Assembly: GCA_963825055.1 (NCBI GenBank)
Contig: CAWGSK010000012.1
Coordinates: forward strand, 320,001 to 384,000
DNA from: an uncultured Gemmatimonadales bacterium
Lineage (GTDB): Bacteria > Gemmatimonadota > Gemmatimonadetes > Gemmatimonadales > GWC2-71-9
Direction of reading: 5' to 3'
DNA length: 64,000 bases
Shown: piece after piece, positions 10,306-19,910 of the stretch
Position numbering within the stretch: the first letter of the stretch is position 1
How the letters are laid out: each line of letters opens with the position of its first letter
Position numbers and translations under genes: made by a program
Notes under the pieces: model-generated
Database searches by the model: none
What the model saw: only the letters and a program-made list of their open reading frames with translations
What the model was told of the DNA's origin: nothing

Positions 10306-12974
10306 CCGCACCCCAGGTGCTGGAGCTTCTCGGCGAGCGCCTCGTGCTGTCCGCGCCAGTCGAACAGCTTCTGCCGTTCCCGGTCCACGACTGCGGCCGG
10401 GGCCCGGCTCGTGAACTGGGCGTTGGCGAGGCGCGCCTCCTGCTGCGCAATCCGCTCGCCGAGGCGGGTACGCTCCGAGCCGAGCCGGCGGCACTCCTGT
10501 TCCACGTCGATCGCGCTCCCGAAGGCCACGAAGAGCGTGGTCCCGTCACCCAGCACCGCCCCGGCGCCAATGGTGCCTTCCGGCCCGCCAAAGGTGAACG
10601 GGGCCACCTTCGCGAGCCGCTCGACGGTGGTGCGCTCCGCCTCCAGGGCGTGCCTGGCTGCGGGGGTGGCCCGCGTGAGGGCGAGATCCACCGTCTCGCC
10701 CGGCGGGATGTTGTACTCCGCGCGGACACTCCGGACGGCGGTGATGCATTCCTGCACGAGGGCGAAGTCGGCCAGGGCGCCGGAATCGGCGGCGCGGTCG
10801 TCCGGACCGGGCCAGGGCGCAACCATGATCGAGGCCGACTCCGGCCGACCGGGGAACCGGCGCCAGAGCGCCTCCGTGATGAACGGCATCACCGGATGCA
10901 GCAGGCGGAGGGCGACCTCGAACGTGGCAGCCACGACGCCCCGGGCCACGTCGCCGCCGGGCACGTCACCGTAGAGGCGGGGCTTGATCTGCTCGACATA
11001 CCAGTCGGCGAGGTCGCTCCACAGGAAGTGATAGATCGCGCTGGCCGCCTCGTTGAGGCGGTAGCGCTCATAGGCCTCCGTGGCCGTGCGGACCGCCGCA
11101 TCGCACCGGGCGATAATCCAGCGGTCGGCGAGCGTAAGCTCGTCCTTCCGGATGACGTTCCGGTGCTGGCCCGCGAGCGGACGGGTGGGGCCGTCCAGGC
11201 TGCCGAGCACCAGGCGGCCCAGGTTCCAGAGCTTGTTCGCGAAATTACGCCCGGCCGCGAACGCCGTCTCGAGGTCGCGGTGGTCCAGGATGAGGTCGGT
11301 CCCCACGGCCATGCCGGAGACCACGGTATACCGGAGCGCATCGGCCCCGTAGCGCTCCACCACGACCAGCGGGTCGATTCCATTGCCGAGCGACTTGGAC
11401 ATCTTCCGGTGCTGGGCGTCCCGGACCGTGCCGTGGAGGTACACGGTATGGAACGGCAGCTCGCCCTGGAACTCGAGCCCCGCCATCACCATCCGCGCGA
11501 CCCAGAAGAACAGGATCTCCGGCGCGGTGACCAGGATGTCGCCGGGATAGTACCGCGCGAGGTCCGGCGTCGACTCCGGCCAGCCGAGGCTGCTGAACGG
11601 GACGAGCCAGCTGCTGAACCACGTGTCGAGGACATCGCTGTCCTGCCGCACCGGGCCGCCGCACTTTTCGCAGGCGGTCACGTCGCTCCGGCTCACCGAC
11701 ATATGCCCGCAATCGTGGCCGTCGCAATACCACACGGGAATGCGGTGGCCCCACCAGAGCTGGCGCGAGATGCACCAGTCGCGGATGTTGGCCATCCAGT
11801 GGGCGTACTCCTCGCCCCGGCGCTCCGGAATGAACCGGAGTTGCCCTGTCTCGTACGCGGCGAGGGCGGGGCGGGCCAGCGGTGCCATGCGGACGAACCA
11901 CTGGTCCGAGAGCCGGGGCTCCACGATCGTGTCGCAGCGGTAGCAGTGACCCACGGCGTGCCGGTGGTCCTCCACCTTCTCGAGCAGCCCTTCGGCCCTG
12001 AAGGCCTCGACCACGCGCTTGCGGGCCTCGAACCGGTCAAGGCCGCGGAACCGTTCCGGCGCGCCGGGGCCCAGTTGCGCCTCGTCAGTCATGAGGTCGA
12101 TGGACGGCAGCGCGTGGCGCCGGCCGATCTCGAAGTCGGTCGGATCGTGGGCCGGGGTCACCTTGACGGCGCCGGTGCCGAAGTCCGGGTCCACCGCGTC
12201 GTCGGCGATGACGGGGATGCGTCGATCGGTGAGGGGAAGCAGCACCTCGCGCCCGACGAGCTCGCGGTAGCGCGGGTCGTCCGGATACACCGCCACCGCG
12301 GTGTCGCCCAGCATCGTCTCCGGCCGTGTCGTGGCCACCACGAGGTGGCCGCCGCCATCCAGCGGATAGCGCAGGTACCAGATGTGGCCGTTCACCTCGC
12401 GCTTCTCGGCCTCCTCGTTGGAGAGCGCGGTGCGACAGCGCGGGCACCAGTTGATGAGATAGTGTCCGCGGTAGACGAGGCCCTTTTCATACAACTGGAC
12501 GAACACTTCCCGCACTGCGCGGGAGAGGTCCTCATTGAGAGTGAAGTAGGTGCGGGACCAGTCACAGCTCGCCCCGATCGCCTTGAGCTGCTCGAGGATG
12601 GTGGCGCCTGTGGCGCGGACGTAGTCCCACACCCGCTGCTCGAAGGCCTCGCGGCCGAGGTCAAAGCGGGAGCGGTCCTCACGTGCGAGCAGCCGCTCGA
12701 CCACGTTCTGCGTCGCGATGCCGGCATGGTCGGTGCCGGGCAGCCAGAGCACGTCCCGGCCCCGCATCCGCTCAAAACGGGCCAGCACGTCCTGAATGGT
12801 GTTGTTGAGGCCATGGCCCATGTGCAGGCTGGCCGTCACGTTGGGCGGCGGCATCATCACCACCCACGGATCGCCTGGCCGGCCGGCCTGGAAGAAGCCG
12901 CGGTCGGACCACCAGGCGTAGAGGTCGCGCTCGATTCCCGAGGGATCGTACTGCGCGGGGAGCGGTTGGGTCAT
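10302..12974 (-). CDS. valS: valine--tRNA ligase
   Basis: PPPNVTASLHMGH (HIGH-like), DHAGIATQ, DWCISRQLWWGHRIP, KMSKS, C-terminal coiled coil. Confidence 0.98.
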   Translation of the reverse strand: MTQPLPAQYDPSGIERDLYAWWSDRGFFQAGRPGDPWVVMMPPPNVTASLHMGHGLNNTIQDVLARFERMRGRDVLWLPGTDHAGIATQNVVERLLAREDRSRFDLGREAFEQRVWDYVRATGATILEQLKAIGASCDWSRTYFTLNEDLSRAVREVFVQLYEKGLVYRGHYLINWCPRCRTALSNEEAEKREVNGHIWYLRYPLDGGGHLVVATTRPETMLGDTAVAVYPDDPRYRELVGREVLLPLTDRRIPVIADDAVDPDFGTGAVKVTPAHDPTDFEIGRRHALPSIDLMTDEAQLGPGAPERFRGLDRFEARKRVVEAFRAEGLLEKVEDHRHAVGHCYRCDTIVEPRLSDQWFVRMAPLARPALAAYETGQLRFIPERRGEEYAHWMANIRDWCISRQLWWGHRIPVWYCDGHDCGHMSVSRSDVTACEKCGGPVRQDSDVLDTWFSSWLVPFSSLGWPESTPDLARYYPGDILVTAPEILFFWVARMVMAGLEFQGELPFHTVYLHGTVRDAQHRKMSKSLGNGIDPLVVVERYGADALRYTVVSGMAVGTDLILDHRDLETAFAAGRNFANKLWNLGRLVLGSLDGPTRPLAGQHRNVIRKDELTLADRWIIARCDAAVRTATEAYERYRLNEAASAIYHFLWSDLADWYVEQIKPRLYGDVPGGDVARGVVAATFEVALRLLHPVMPFITEALWRRFPGRPESASIMVAPWPGPDDRAADSGALADFALVQECITAVRSVRAEYNIPPGETVDLALTRATPAARHALEAERTTVERLAKVAPFTFGGPEGTIGAGAVLGDGTTLFVAFGSAIDVEQECRRLGSERTRLGERIAQQEARLANAQFTSRAPAAVVDRERQKLFDWRGQHEALAEKLQHLGCG

Positions 12975-13408
12975 GCGGTCTGGTCGATGGGGTCGTCGGT
13001 CGGGTCGGTGGTGGCCGCGTCATCCTCGCCGCGGACGAGGATGCGATTGTGCACGGTTTCGATCTCGGGTACCGCGCGGACCGCGCGGACCGCACGGGCC
13101 CGCTCGAGGCGCGTGGCCACCCAGCCGCGCAGCTCGACGACACCGCTGGACACCCCCACGACGGTGAGGGCCAGGCCCTGAAGTTCTGGCGCCTCCTCCA
13201 GCGCCTTGCGGACCGCGCGAACGGTCAGGGCCGTGCCCTGGCGGGGCGGGGTGGGCGTGCGCAGTGTGTCCAGTTCGCGCCGCAGACGGCCCCCGGTCAC
13301 GCTGCCGAGCCAGCCGGAGAGAACCATCCCGGCCAGGGCCCCGAAACCGAATCCTGCGGCCGCGAGGCCGGCGGTAGCGGACCAACTGTGCGAATCTCTG
13401 CGGGACAC
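12971..13408 (-). CDS. BON domain membrane protein
   Basis: N-terminal Gly-rich TM helix, then GVVELRGWV...V..VHNRILV. Overlaps the valS start (ATGA). Confidence 0.8.
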   Translation of the reverse strand: MSRRDSHSWSATAGLAAAGFGFGALAGMVLSGWLGSVTGGRLRRELDTLRTPTPPRQGTALTVRAVRKALEEAPELQGLALTVVGVSSGVVELRGWVATRLERARAVRAVRAVPEIETVHNRILVRGEDDAATTDPTDDPIDQTA

Positions 13409-13414
13409 CGGTGC

Positions 13415-13475
13415 TCCTCTTACGGTTAATCGGCTGGGACCATTAAGTTAACATGCTGACTGACAATTTTCCGGC
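13415..13475. promoter_or_regulatory. probable divergent promoter region for the valS and thrS operons
   Basis: Short AT-rich stretch (GGTTAATC..CATTAAGTTAACAT..GACAATTTT) between divergent starts in very GC-rich DNA. Confidence 0.5.
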
Positions 13476-13492
13476 ACACGGATCCCCGACTC

Positions 13493-13654
13493 ATGCACCT
13501 TCGCGACGACAACAGCCCCATCGCCTTCCGCGACTACCGGCGCTGGCTGCTTCCCCTGGCCATCGTCCTCCTCGGCGTGGCCCTGTATTTCACGCTGGGT
13601 ACCCCACAGCGTCCCATGGCCGCCCCGACCGCCGGCCAGGAGGGAGGTCCGTGA
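13493..13654 (+). CDS. small single-TM membrane protein (53 aa)
   Basis: MHLRDDNSPIAFRDYRRWLLPLAIVLLGVALYFTLGTPQRPMAAPTAGQEGGP*. High GC3 codons, stop overlaps the thrS GTG. Below the ORF-track length cut-off. Confidence 0.7.
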   Translation: MHLRDDNSPIAFRDYRRWLLPLAIVLLGVALYFTLGTPQRPMAAPTAGQEGGP

Positions 13655-15591
13655 ACACCGTCCGGCTGACGCTGCCGGACGGCAGCGTGCGCGAGGTGCC
13701 CCGGGGGACCACGGGCCGGGAGCTTGCGGAGGGCATCGGGCCCGGGCTTGCACGGGCGGCCCTGGCGGTGAAGGTGGACGGGGATATCCAGGATCTGGGG
13801 CGGCCCATCGACGCCGACGCCACGGTGTCCATCCTGACGGAGAAGGATCCCGACGCGCTCCCACTGCTGCGCCATTCCGCGGCTCACGTCCTGGCCACCG
13901 CGGTCCGGGAGCTGTTTCCCGAGGCGGGGATCGGCTTCGGCCCGCCGATCGAGGACGGTTTCTACTACGACTTCGAGGTCGATCGGCCATTCACGCCGGA
14001 GGACCTGGAACGTCTCGAGGCGAAGATGGCCGAGGTCGCCGGGCGGGACTACCCGTTCGAGCGTGAGGTGGTCCAGCGGGGCGAGGCCAACCGCCGCTTT
14101 GCCGACGACCCGCTCAAGCTCGAGCGCATCAGCGAGCTGGGGGACGACGAGGTCATCTCCGTGTACACGGACGGTCCCTTCACGGATCTCTGCCGCGGGC
14201 CGCATGTTCCCAGCACGGGGCGATTGAAGCACTTCAAGCTGCTGAGCGCGGCCGGGGCCTACTGGCGCGGTGACGAGAAGCGCCAGATGCTTCAGCGGAT
14301 CTACGGGACGGCCTGGTTCCGGAAGGAAGACCTCACCGAGTACCTCACCCGGCTGGAGGAAGCGCGCAAGCGCGACCACCGGGTGCTCGGAAAGCAGCTT
14401 GGCCTCTTTTCAATAGAAGAGACCGTCGGGCCCGGGCTGGTCTTCTGGCACCCGAAGGGCGCCATCATCAAGTGGCTGCTGTCCCGGGCGGTGGAGGACG
14501 ACAACGTCCGGTCCGGGTATGACCTGGTCTACACACCCAACATCACGCGGGAGGAGTTGTTCCGTATCTCCGGCCACCTGCCGCTCTACGCCGAGAATCA
14601 GTATCCGGCCATGGGGGCGGGGCACGAGGAGTCGGAGGATGTGCACTATCGGGTGAAGCCCATGAACTGCCCGATGCATGCCCTCATCTATCGCGGTGAG
14701 CAGCGGAGCTATCGCGACCTGCCGCTGCGGCTCTCGGAAGTGGCGAACGTATACCGCAATGAGCGCTCCGGCGTGCTGCACGGCCTGCTCCGGGTGCGCG
14801 GCCTGTGCATGGACGATGCCCACATCTTCTGCACCCTGGAGCAGGCCGAGGACGAAATCTTCCTCTGCCTGGACCAGGTGCAGCGGCTGGTGGGCGAGAC
14901 CTTCGGCTTTGCGCTGGAGTTCGAGGTCTCCACCCGTCCGGAGGAGAAGCTGGGCGACGATGCCACCTGGGACCAGGCGGAGGAGATCCTGCGTCGCGCG
15001 CTCCGGCGCCGCGACATCCCGTTCGACGAAGATGCCGGAGGCGGAGCGTTCTACGGCCCCAAGATCGACATCAAGTTCCGCGATGCGATTGGCCGGGCCT
15101 GGCAGGGCCCCACCATCCAGCTCGACTTCCAGCTCCCCGAACGCTTCGAGCTGGAGTACACCGGGCCGGACAACCGGCCGCACCGCCCGGTGATGATCCA
15201 CCGCGCTATTTACGGCACGCTGGAACGGTTCATCGGGAACCTCATCGAGCACTTCGCCGGGGCGTTCCCGGTCTGGATCGCGCCGGAGCAGGTGCGGATC
15301 ATTCCCATCAGCGCCGACCAGAACGAGGCCGCGGCCGGGGTGACGGGCCGGCTCCGCGACGCGGGGATCCGGGTGCACCTCGATGACCGGAACGAGACCT
15401 TGAACTACCGTATCCGCGAAGGCGAAATGCAGAAAGTCCCGTACATGGCGGTGATCGGCCAGCGGGAAGCAGAAGCGGGTACGGTGGCCGTACGTGTCCG
15501 CGGCGCGGGAAAGAAACAGGAGGTGATGCCGCTCGACGCGTTCATCGGGCGGATCATGGAGCAGGTTCGTACCAGGTCGCTCGCCATGTGA
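13651..15591 (+). CDS. thrS: threonine--tRNA ligase
   Basis: TGS domain (LTLPDGS), RHSAAHVLA, DLCRGPH, KRDHR, KPMNCP, HRAIYG. GTG start after AGGGAGG. Confidence 0.98.
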   Translation: MNTVRLTLPDGSVREVPRGTTGRELAEGIGPGLARAALAVKVDGDIQDLGRPIDADATVSILTEKDPDALPLLRHSAAHVLATAVRELFPEAGIGFGPPIEDGFYYDFEVDRPFTPEDLERLEAKMAEVAGRDYPFEREVVQRGEANRRFADDPLKLERISELGDDEVISVYTDGPFTDLCRGPHVPSTGRLKHFKLLSAAGAYWRGDEKRQMLQRIYGTAWFRKEDLTEYLTRLEEARKRDHRVLGKQLGLFSIEETVGPGLVFWHPKGAIIKWLLSRAVEDDNVRSGYDLVYTPNITREELFRISGHLPLYAENQYPAMGAGHEESEDVHYRVKPMNCPMHALIYRGEQRSYRDLPLRLSEVANVYRNERSGVLHGLLRVRGLCMDDAHIFCTLEQAEDEIFLCLDQVQRLVGETFGFALEFEVSTRPEEKLGDDATWDQAEEILRRALRRRDIPFDEDAGGGAFYGPKIDIKFRDAIGRAWQGPTIQLDFQLPERFELEYTGPDNRPHRPVMIHRAIYGTLERFIGNLIEHFAGAFPVWIAPEQVRIIPISADQNEAAAGVTGRLRDAGIRVHLDDRNETLNYRIREGEMQKVPYMAVIGQREAEAGTVAVRVRGAGKKQEVMPLDAFIGRIMEQVRTRSLAM

Positions 15592-15648
15592 TGCCCCCCG
15601 GGGGCGGCAGGCTCCGTGGTGCCGCCTCGGGGGCAGTGGGATCCGCTG

Positions 15649-16227
15649 CTAGCGCAGCATGATCCCCACGTTGCACACAGGCGTGGTTGGCGGTCCCGGA
15701 TTCTGCTTGCGGCCCGGACCGATTGGTGGCCCGGGATTGCTCTCGAGTCCCATGAGCGCCCCCTGGTCCGTGAGGATGGAAGCCTGGATGACCGGTGGGC
15801 CCGGGTTCTGCCCGATCCCGGCTTCGCCGCCGCGGATGATATAGGTCGTGCAGGGGCTGGGTGGAAAGACCAGGCTGACGACAACTGGCGCCGTCCGGGG
15901 ATCAGTGCCGATCGTGATCGTGCCCCCCAGGAGTTGCTCGCCGCCCGGATTGTGCAGGATGCCACACACGGAGAAATCGGCTCCCCGGGCCCTGTCGTTA
16001 CAGGGACTTGGCGGGACCCGGCCTGTGATGATCCGGAGCCTGCCCCAGACGATGCTTGCGCTCCCCTCAGCCGGCCGAACGAAGAGCGGGCTGATGGTGA
16101 AAGGGGGCCCGCCGGCGCGGCCGGCCTGAAGGTCCGCCTCTGGAACGCTGGTGGGTAGGTCCTGGCCGCACGCGGCGATAGCAACCATGGCGGCGGCCAG
16201 GAACGGCGTGAAGCGCGGGTGAAGCAT
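15649..16227 (-). CDS. hypothetical lipoprotein with PPSPC and NPGPP repeats
   Basis: GGAGGAG RBS, signal peptide ending IAAC, PPSPC twice and NPGPP three times. Confidence 0.75.
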   Translation of the reverse strand: MLHPRFTPFLAAAMVAIAACGQDLPTSVPEADLQAGRAGGPPFTISPLFVRPAEGSASIVWGRLRIITGRVPPSPCNDRARGADFSVCGILHNPGGEQLLGGTITIGTDPRTAPVVVSLVFPPSPCTTYIIRGGEAGIGQNPGPPVIQASILTDQGALMGLESNPGPPIGPGRKQNPGPPTTPVCNVGIMLR

Positions 16228-16301
16228 GTTCTCCTCCAGGTGCGGGGCAGGGTGGGCTTGTCTATCTTCTCAAACGTCGAACCTCAAGATCGAGTGCCAT
16301 T

Positions 16302-17495
16302 GTGAGTGCTGATTCCACAACGCCTGTCATCGTTTCCGCCGTGCGCACCCCCGTGGGACGCTACCTCGGCGGCCTCAGTTCCTTTACGGCGCCCCAGCTC
16401 GGTGCCATGGTCATCCGCGAGGCGGTCTCTCGTGCCGGCATCGACGCCGGCACGATCGAGGACGTCATCATGGGCCAGGTGGTGCAGGGTGGCTCGGGAC
16501 AGGCTCCCGCCCGCCAGGCCATGATCCACGCCGGCATTCCGGGGACGGTCCCGGCCCTCACTATCAACAAGGTCTGCGGCTCCGGCCTCAAGGCCGTGAT
16601 GCTTGCCGCCCAGGCCATCAAGGCCGGCGACGTGCAGTGCGTCGTGGCCGGCGGACAGGAATCGATGTCCTCCGCCCCGCACTATGTCTACGGCATGCGG
16701 AACGGGATCAAGGCCGGCAACACCACCATGGTGGACGGCATGATCCACGACGGGCTGTGGGACTCCTTCGGCGACAACCACATGGGCGAGTACGCCGAGT
16801 ATACCGCGGAGAAGGCCGGCATCAGCCGGGAGGAGCAGGACGAATTTTCGTATCACAGCCATCGGAAGGCGATTGAGGCCACCGAGGCAGGCCGGTTCCG
16901 GGCCGAGATCCTTCCTGTCGAGGTCACCGGAAGAAAGGGGACGACGGTCGTCCCGGATGATGAGCCGCCGCGAAAGGACACCACGCCCGAGACGCTCGCG
17001 AAGCTGAAGCCCGCGTTCCGCAAGGGTGGTACCGTCACCGCCGGCAACGCGCCGGGATTGAACGACGGGGCGAGCGCGCTGGTGGTGACGTCGGCCGCGT
17101 TCGCGAAGGCGCACGGCCTCAACGTGATGGCGACCATTCGCGGGTACGCCACCGGCGGTGGCGAGCCCCGTGACCTTTTCTTTGCACCTATCCAGGCCGT
17201 CCGGAACCTGATGAAGAAGGACGGCACCACCATCGGCGACTACGATCTCATCGAGGCGAATGAGGCGTTCGCGGTGCAGGCGCTGGCCGACGGCCGCGAG
17301 CTCGGCTGGGACTGGGACCGGGTGAACGTGAATGGCGGTGCGGTGGCGCTCGGTCATCCGATCGGCGCCAGCGGGGCCCGGGTGCTCACGACCTTGTTAT
17401 ATGCCCTGGATGACCGCGGGGGATCCAGCGGACTGGCGACCCTCTGTCTTGGCGGCGGAAACGCCGTGGCCCTGAGCGTGGAGCGCACATCATGA
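16302..17495 (+). CDS. acetyl-CoA C-acetyltransferase (thiolase)
   Basis: AVRTPVG, NKVCGSG, NEAFA, GHPIGASG, LCLGGG. Confidence 0.96.
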   Translation: MSADSTTPVIVSAVRTPVGRYLGGLSSFTAPQLGAMVIREAVSRAGIDAGTIEDVIMGQVVQGGSGQAPARQAMIHAGIPGTVPALTINKVCGSGLKAVMLAAQAIKAGDVQCVVAGGQESMSSAPHYVYGMRNGIKAGNTTMVDGMIHDGLWDSFGDNHMGEYAEYTAEKAGISREEQDEFSYHSHRKAIEATEAGRFRAEILPVEVTGRKGTTVVPDDEPPRKDTTPETLAKLKPAFRKGGTVTAGNAPGLNDGASALVVTSAAFAKAHGLNVMATIRGYATGGGEPRDLFFAPIQAVRNLMKKDGTTIGDYDLIEANEAFAVQALADGRELGWDWDRVNVNGGAVALGHPIGASGARVLTTLLYALDDRGGSSGLATLCLGGGNAVALSVERTS

Positions 17496-18073
17496 GTGAA
17501 TCCAGCGAAGCCCTCGGTACCCTGGCCGCGACTCCCTCCCGGACCGGCCGGCGCGTCGTCGCCGCGCTGGCCGGCGCCGCGCTCGTGGCGGCGGGTGCCC
17601 ACGTGGCCGTGCCGGTCCCCGGGTCGGCCGTCCCCGCCACGCTCCAGGTGTTTGCGGTGCTGGTGGTCGGGGGGCTCCTGGGCCCGCGCCTCGGCGCCGC
17701 TTCCCTCGTGACGTATCTTGTGCTCGGCGTCATGGGGCTCCCCGTGTTCGCCCCGTTCGGGGCGCCCGGCCTGGCCCGGCTGATCGGGCCCACAGGTGGC
17801 TACCTGCTGGCCTTCCCGGTCGCCGCGGCTGTGGTGGGACTGCTGGCGCGCGATGCGCGGGGCAGGAGCGGAATGCTCCGGATCGCGGCCGGCTGTCTGC
17901 TCGGCCTGGTGACGATTCACGCCGGGGGCGTCGCCCAGTTGAGCATCCTGGCCGGGCCGGCCGTGGCGCTCCAGGCGGGCGTGCTGCCATTCCTCATGCC
18001 TGACCTGGTCAAGGCTGCGCTCGCTGCCGTGGCGATCGGCGCACTGCGCCGACCGGTCGGAAGACTGGTGTGA
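17492..18073 (+). CDS. bioY: biotin transporter BioY
   Basis: VPATLQ, GLPVFA, GPTGGYL, GVLPF..DLVK. Confidence 0.9.
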   Translation: MSESSEALGTLAATPSRTGRRVVAALAGAALVAAGAHVAVPVPGSAVPATLQVFAVLVVGGLLGPRLGAASLVTYLVLGVMGLPVFAPFGAPGLARLIGPTGGYLLAFPVAAAVVGLLARDARGRSGMLRIAAGCLLGLVTIHAGGVAQLSILAGPAVALQAGVLPFLMPDLVKAALAAVAIGALRRPVGRLV

Positions 18074-18999
18074 CCACCGGGGCCCCGACGTCGGCCGGAC
18101 GGCGGTGGCCCATCAGCCTGCTGGGCCTTCTGGCCTTCGGCCTCCTCGGGCTCGCGGCGACCCAGCTCTTCGCGGTCGGGCTCTTCAGCGGTGCCCGTGC
18201 CATCGGTGGTGGCGTGGGCGCCTGGGCAACCGACCCCGGCGCCGGCGCGATCCTCCTCGGCGGGCTCGCGATGCTGCTGGGATTTCTTCTCCCAACCTTG
18301 CTGCTCCGCCGGACCCTGCTTCCGGAAACGCCTGTGTCGCTCCGGTGGACCGGGCACTGGCGCCCCGGCCGTGCCTGGGCCAGCGCGCTGGCGTTCGGGG
18401 CCGCGCTGGCCGGCGTGGTGCTGGCCCTCGGGACGCTGGTGGGCGGTGCCGCCTGGACCGCGGACGGCGGCACGGTGGGGGCGTGGGGCGGGCGGGCGCT
18501 CGAACTCGCGCTGCTCCTTGCGCCCGCTGCGCTCGCGGAGGAAATCATTTTCAGGGGACTGCCCCTTGTGGTGATCGCCAGGCATACCGGGCGGGTGGTT
18601 GCGGCCATCGTCATGGCCGTCCTGTTCGCGCTCGCACACTGGAACAACCCCGGCGCCTCGCCGATCGGCCTGGTGAACATCGGGATTGCCGGGCTCTGGC
18701 TCGCCGCCGCGTTCTACGCGCCGGGGGGGCTCTGGACGGCGTTCGGCGCGCATCTTGGCTGGAACTGGTCACTTGCGGTGCTCGATGCCCCGGTGAGCGG
18801 GTTCGACCTCAATATTCCGTTGATTGATTACTTTCCCGGCGGGCCGCGGTGGCTCACGGGGGGGTGGTTCGGGCCGGAAGGTGGGCTGACCGGGACCCTC
18901 GGTCTCGTGGCTGGTACGGTCCTGCTGGTGTGGTACCTGAGGCAGGTGAAGCCCGCGCCGGACGCGCACTTGTTCAAGCCAGACGGGGATCGCGCATGA
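18070..18999 (+). CDS. CPBP (CAAX/Abi) family intramembrane metalloprotease
   Basis: EEIIFRG, FALAH and H..WN motifs in a hydrophobic protein. Confidence 0.9.
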   Translation: MTTGAPTSAGRRWPISLLGLLAFGLLGLAATQLFAVGLFSGARAIGGGVGAWATDPGAGAILLGGLAMLLGFLLPTLLLRRTLLPETPVSLRWTGHWRPGRAWASALAFGAALAGVVLALGTLVGGAAWTADGGTVGAWGGRALELALLLAPAALAEEIIFRGLPLVVIARHTGRVVAAIVMAVLFALAHWNNPGASPIGLVNIGIAGLWLAAAFYAPGGLWTAFGAHLGWNWSLAVLDAPVSGFDLNIPLIDYFPGGPRWLTGGWFGPEGGLTGTLGLVAGTVLLVWYLRQVKPAPDAHLFKPDGDRA

Positions 19000-19850
19000 A
19001 CCGCGTGGCGGTGGTGGGGGCGGGGACCATGGGCAACGGGATTGCCCAGGTATTCGCCGGACAGGGCTGGGAGGTGACCCTGATTGACGTCTCCGAGGAG
19101 GCGCTCGAACGGGGGATGGCGACGGTGCGTCGCAACCTGGGCCGTATGGCCAGGAAGGGCACGATCGCGGTTGACGAGGCGGAGCGGATCCCCGGGCGGA
19201 TCCGGACCAGCATACTGCTGGAGGACGCGGCCGGCGCCGAGCTGGTCATCGAGGCCGCCAGCGAGCGGCCCGACCTCAAGTTCGGCATCTTCGCGCAACT
19301 CGACGACCGCTGCCCCGTCGGGACCATCCTTGCCACCAACACCAGCTCCATTTCCATCACCGAGATCGCGGCGCACACCCGCCGGCCCGGAAAGGTGGTC
19401 GGGATGCACTTCATGAATCCCGTGCCGGTGATGCAGCTGGTCGAGGTGATACGGGGGCAGGCAACGGACGACGCCACGGTGGAGGCGGTCACCGCCACGG
19501 CGACAGCCCTGGGCAAGACTCCCGTGCTGGTGAACGACTACCCCGGGTTCGTGTCGAACCGGGTGCTGATGCCGATGATCAACGAGGCGATCTTCTGCGT
19601 CATGGAAGGCGTGGCTGAACCCGGGGCGATCGACACCGTGATGAAACTCGGGATGGCCCACCCGATGGGGCCGCTGACGCTGGCGGACCTGATCGGGCTC
19701 GACACCTGCCTGGCCATCCTCGAGGTATTGCACGAGGGACTCGGGGACGACAAGTACCGGCCGTGTCCGCTCCTGCGCCGGATGGTGGCGGCCGGGTACC
19801 TCGGCCGGAAATCCGGCCGGGGGTTCTACGACTACGAGACATCTCGCTGA
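18996..19850 (+). CDS. hbd: 3-hydroxybutyryl-CoA dehydrogenase
   Basis: [43 protein letters not shown] overlap with the upstream gene. Confidence 0.93.
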   Translation: MNRVAVVGAGTMGNGIAQVFAGQGWEVTLIDVSEEALERGMATVRRNLGRMARKGTIAVDEAERIPGRIRTSILLEDAAGAELVIEAASERPDLKFGIFAQLDDRCPVGTILATNTSSISITEIAAHTRRPGKVVGMHFMNPVPVMQLVEVIRGQATDDATVEAVTATATALGKTPVLVNDYPGFVSNRVLMPMINEAIFCVMEGVAEPGAIDTVMKLGMAHPMGPLTLADLIGLDTCLAILEVLHEGLGDDKYRPCPLLRRMVAAGYLGRKSGRGFYDYETSR

Positions 19851-19910
19851 GCGACCCTGGGGGCCGGACGGTTCCGTGCCCCGCGACCACTCTTCAGGAG
19901 TCAGAGCTTC

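Noticed and set aside
10206..13181. 991-aa plus-strand ORF and similar long ORFs (1759..3579, 4802..6736, 18828..21032, 39694..42240, 28213..29526)
   Set aside because: These are shadow frames of well-supported genes in high-GC DNA, with no recognisable motifs.
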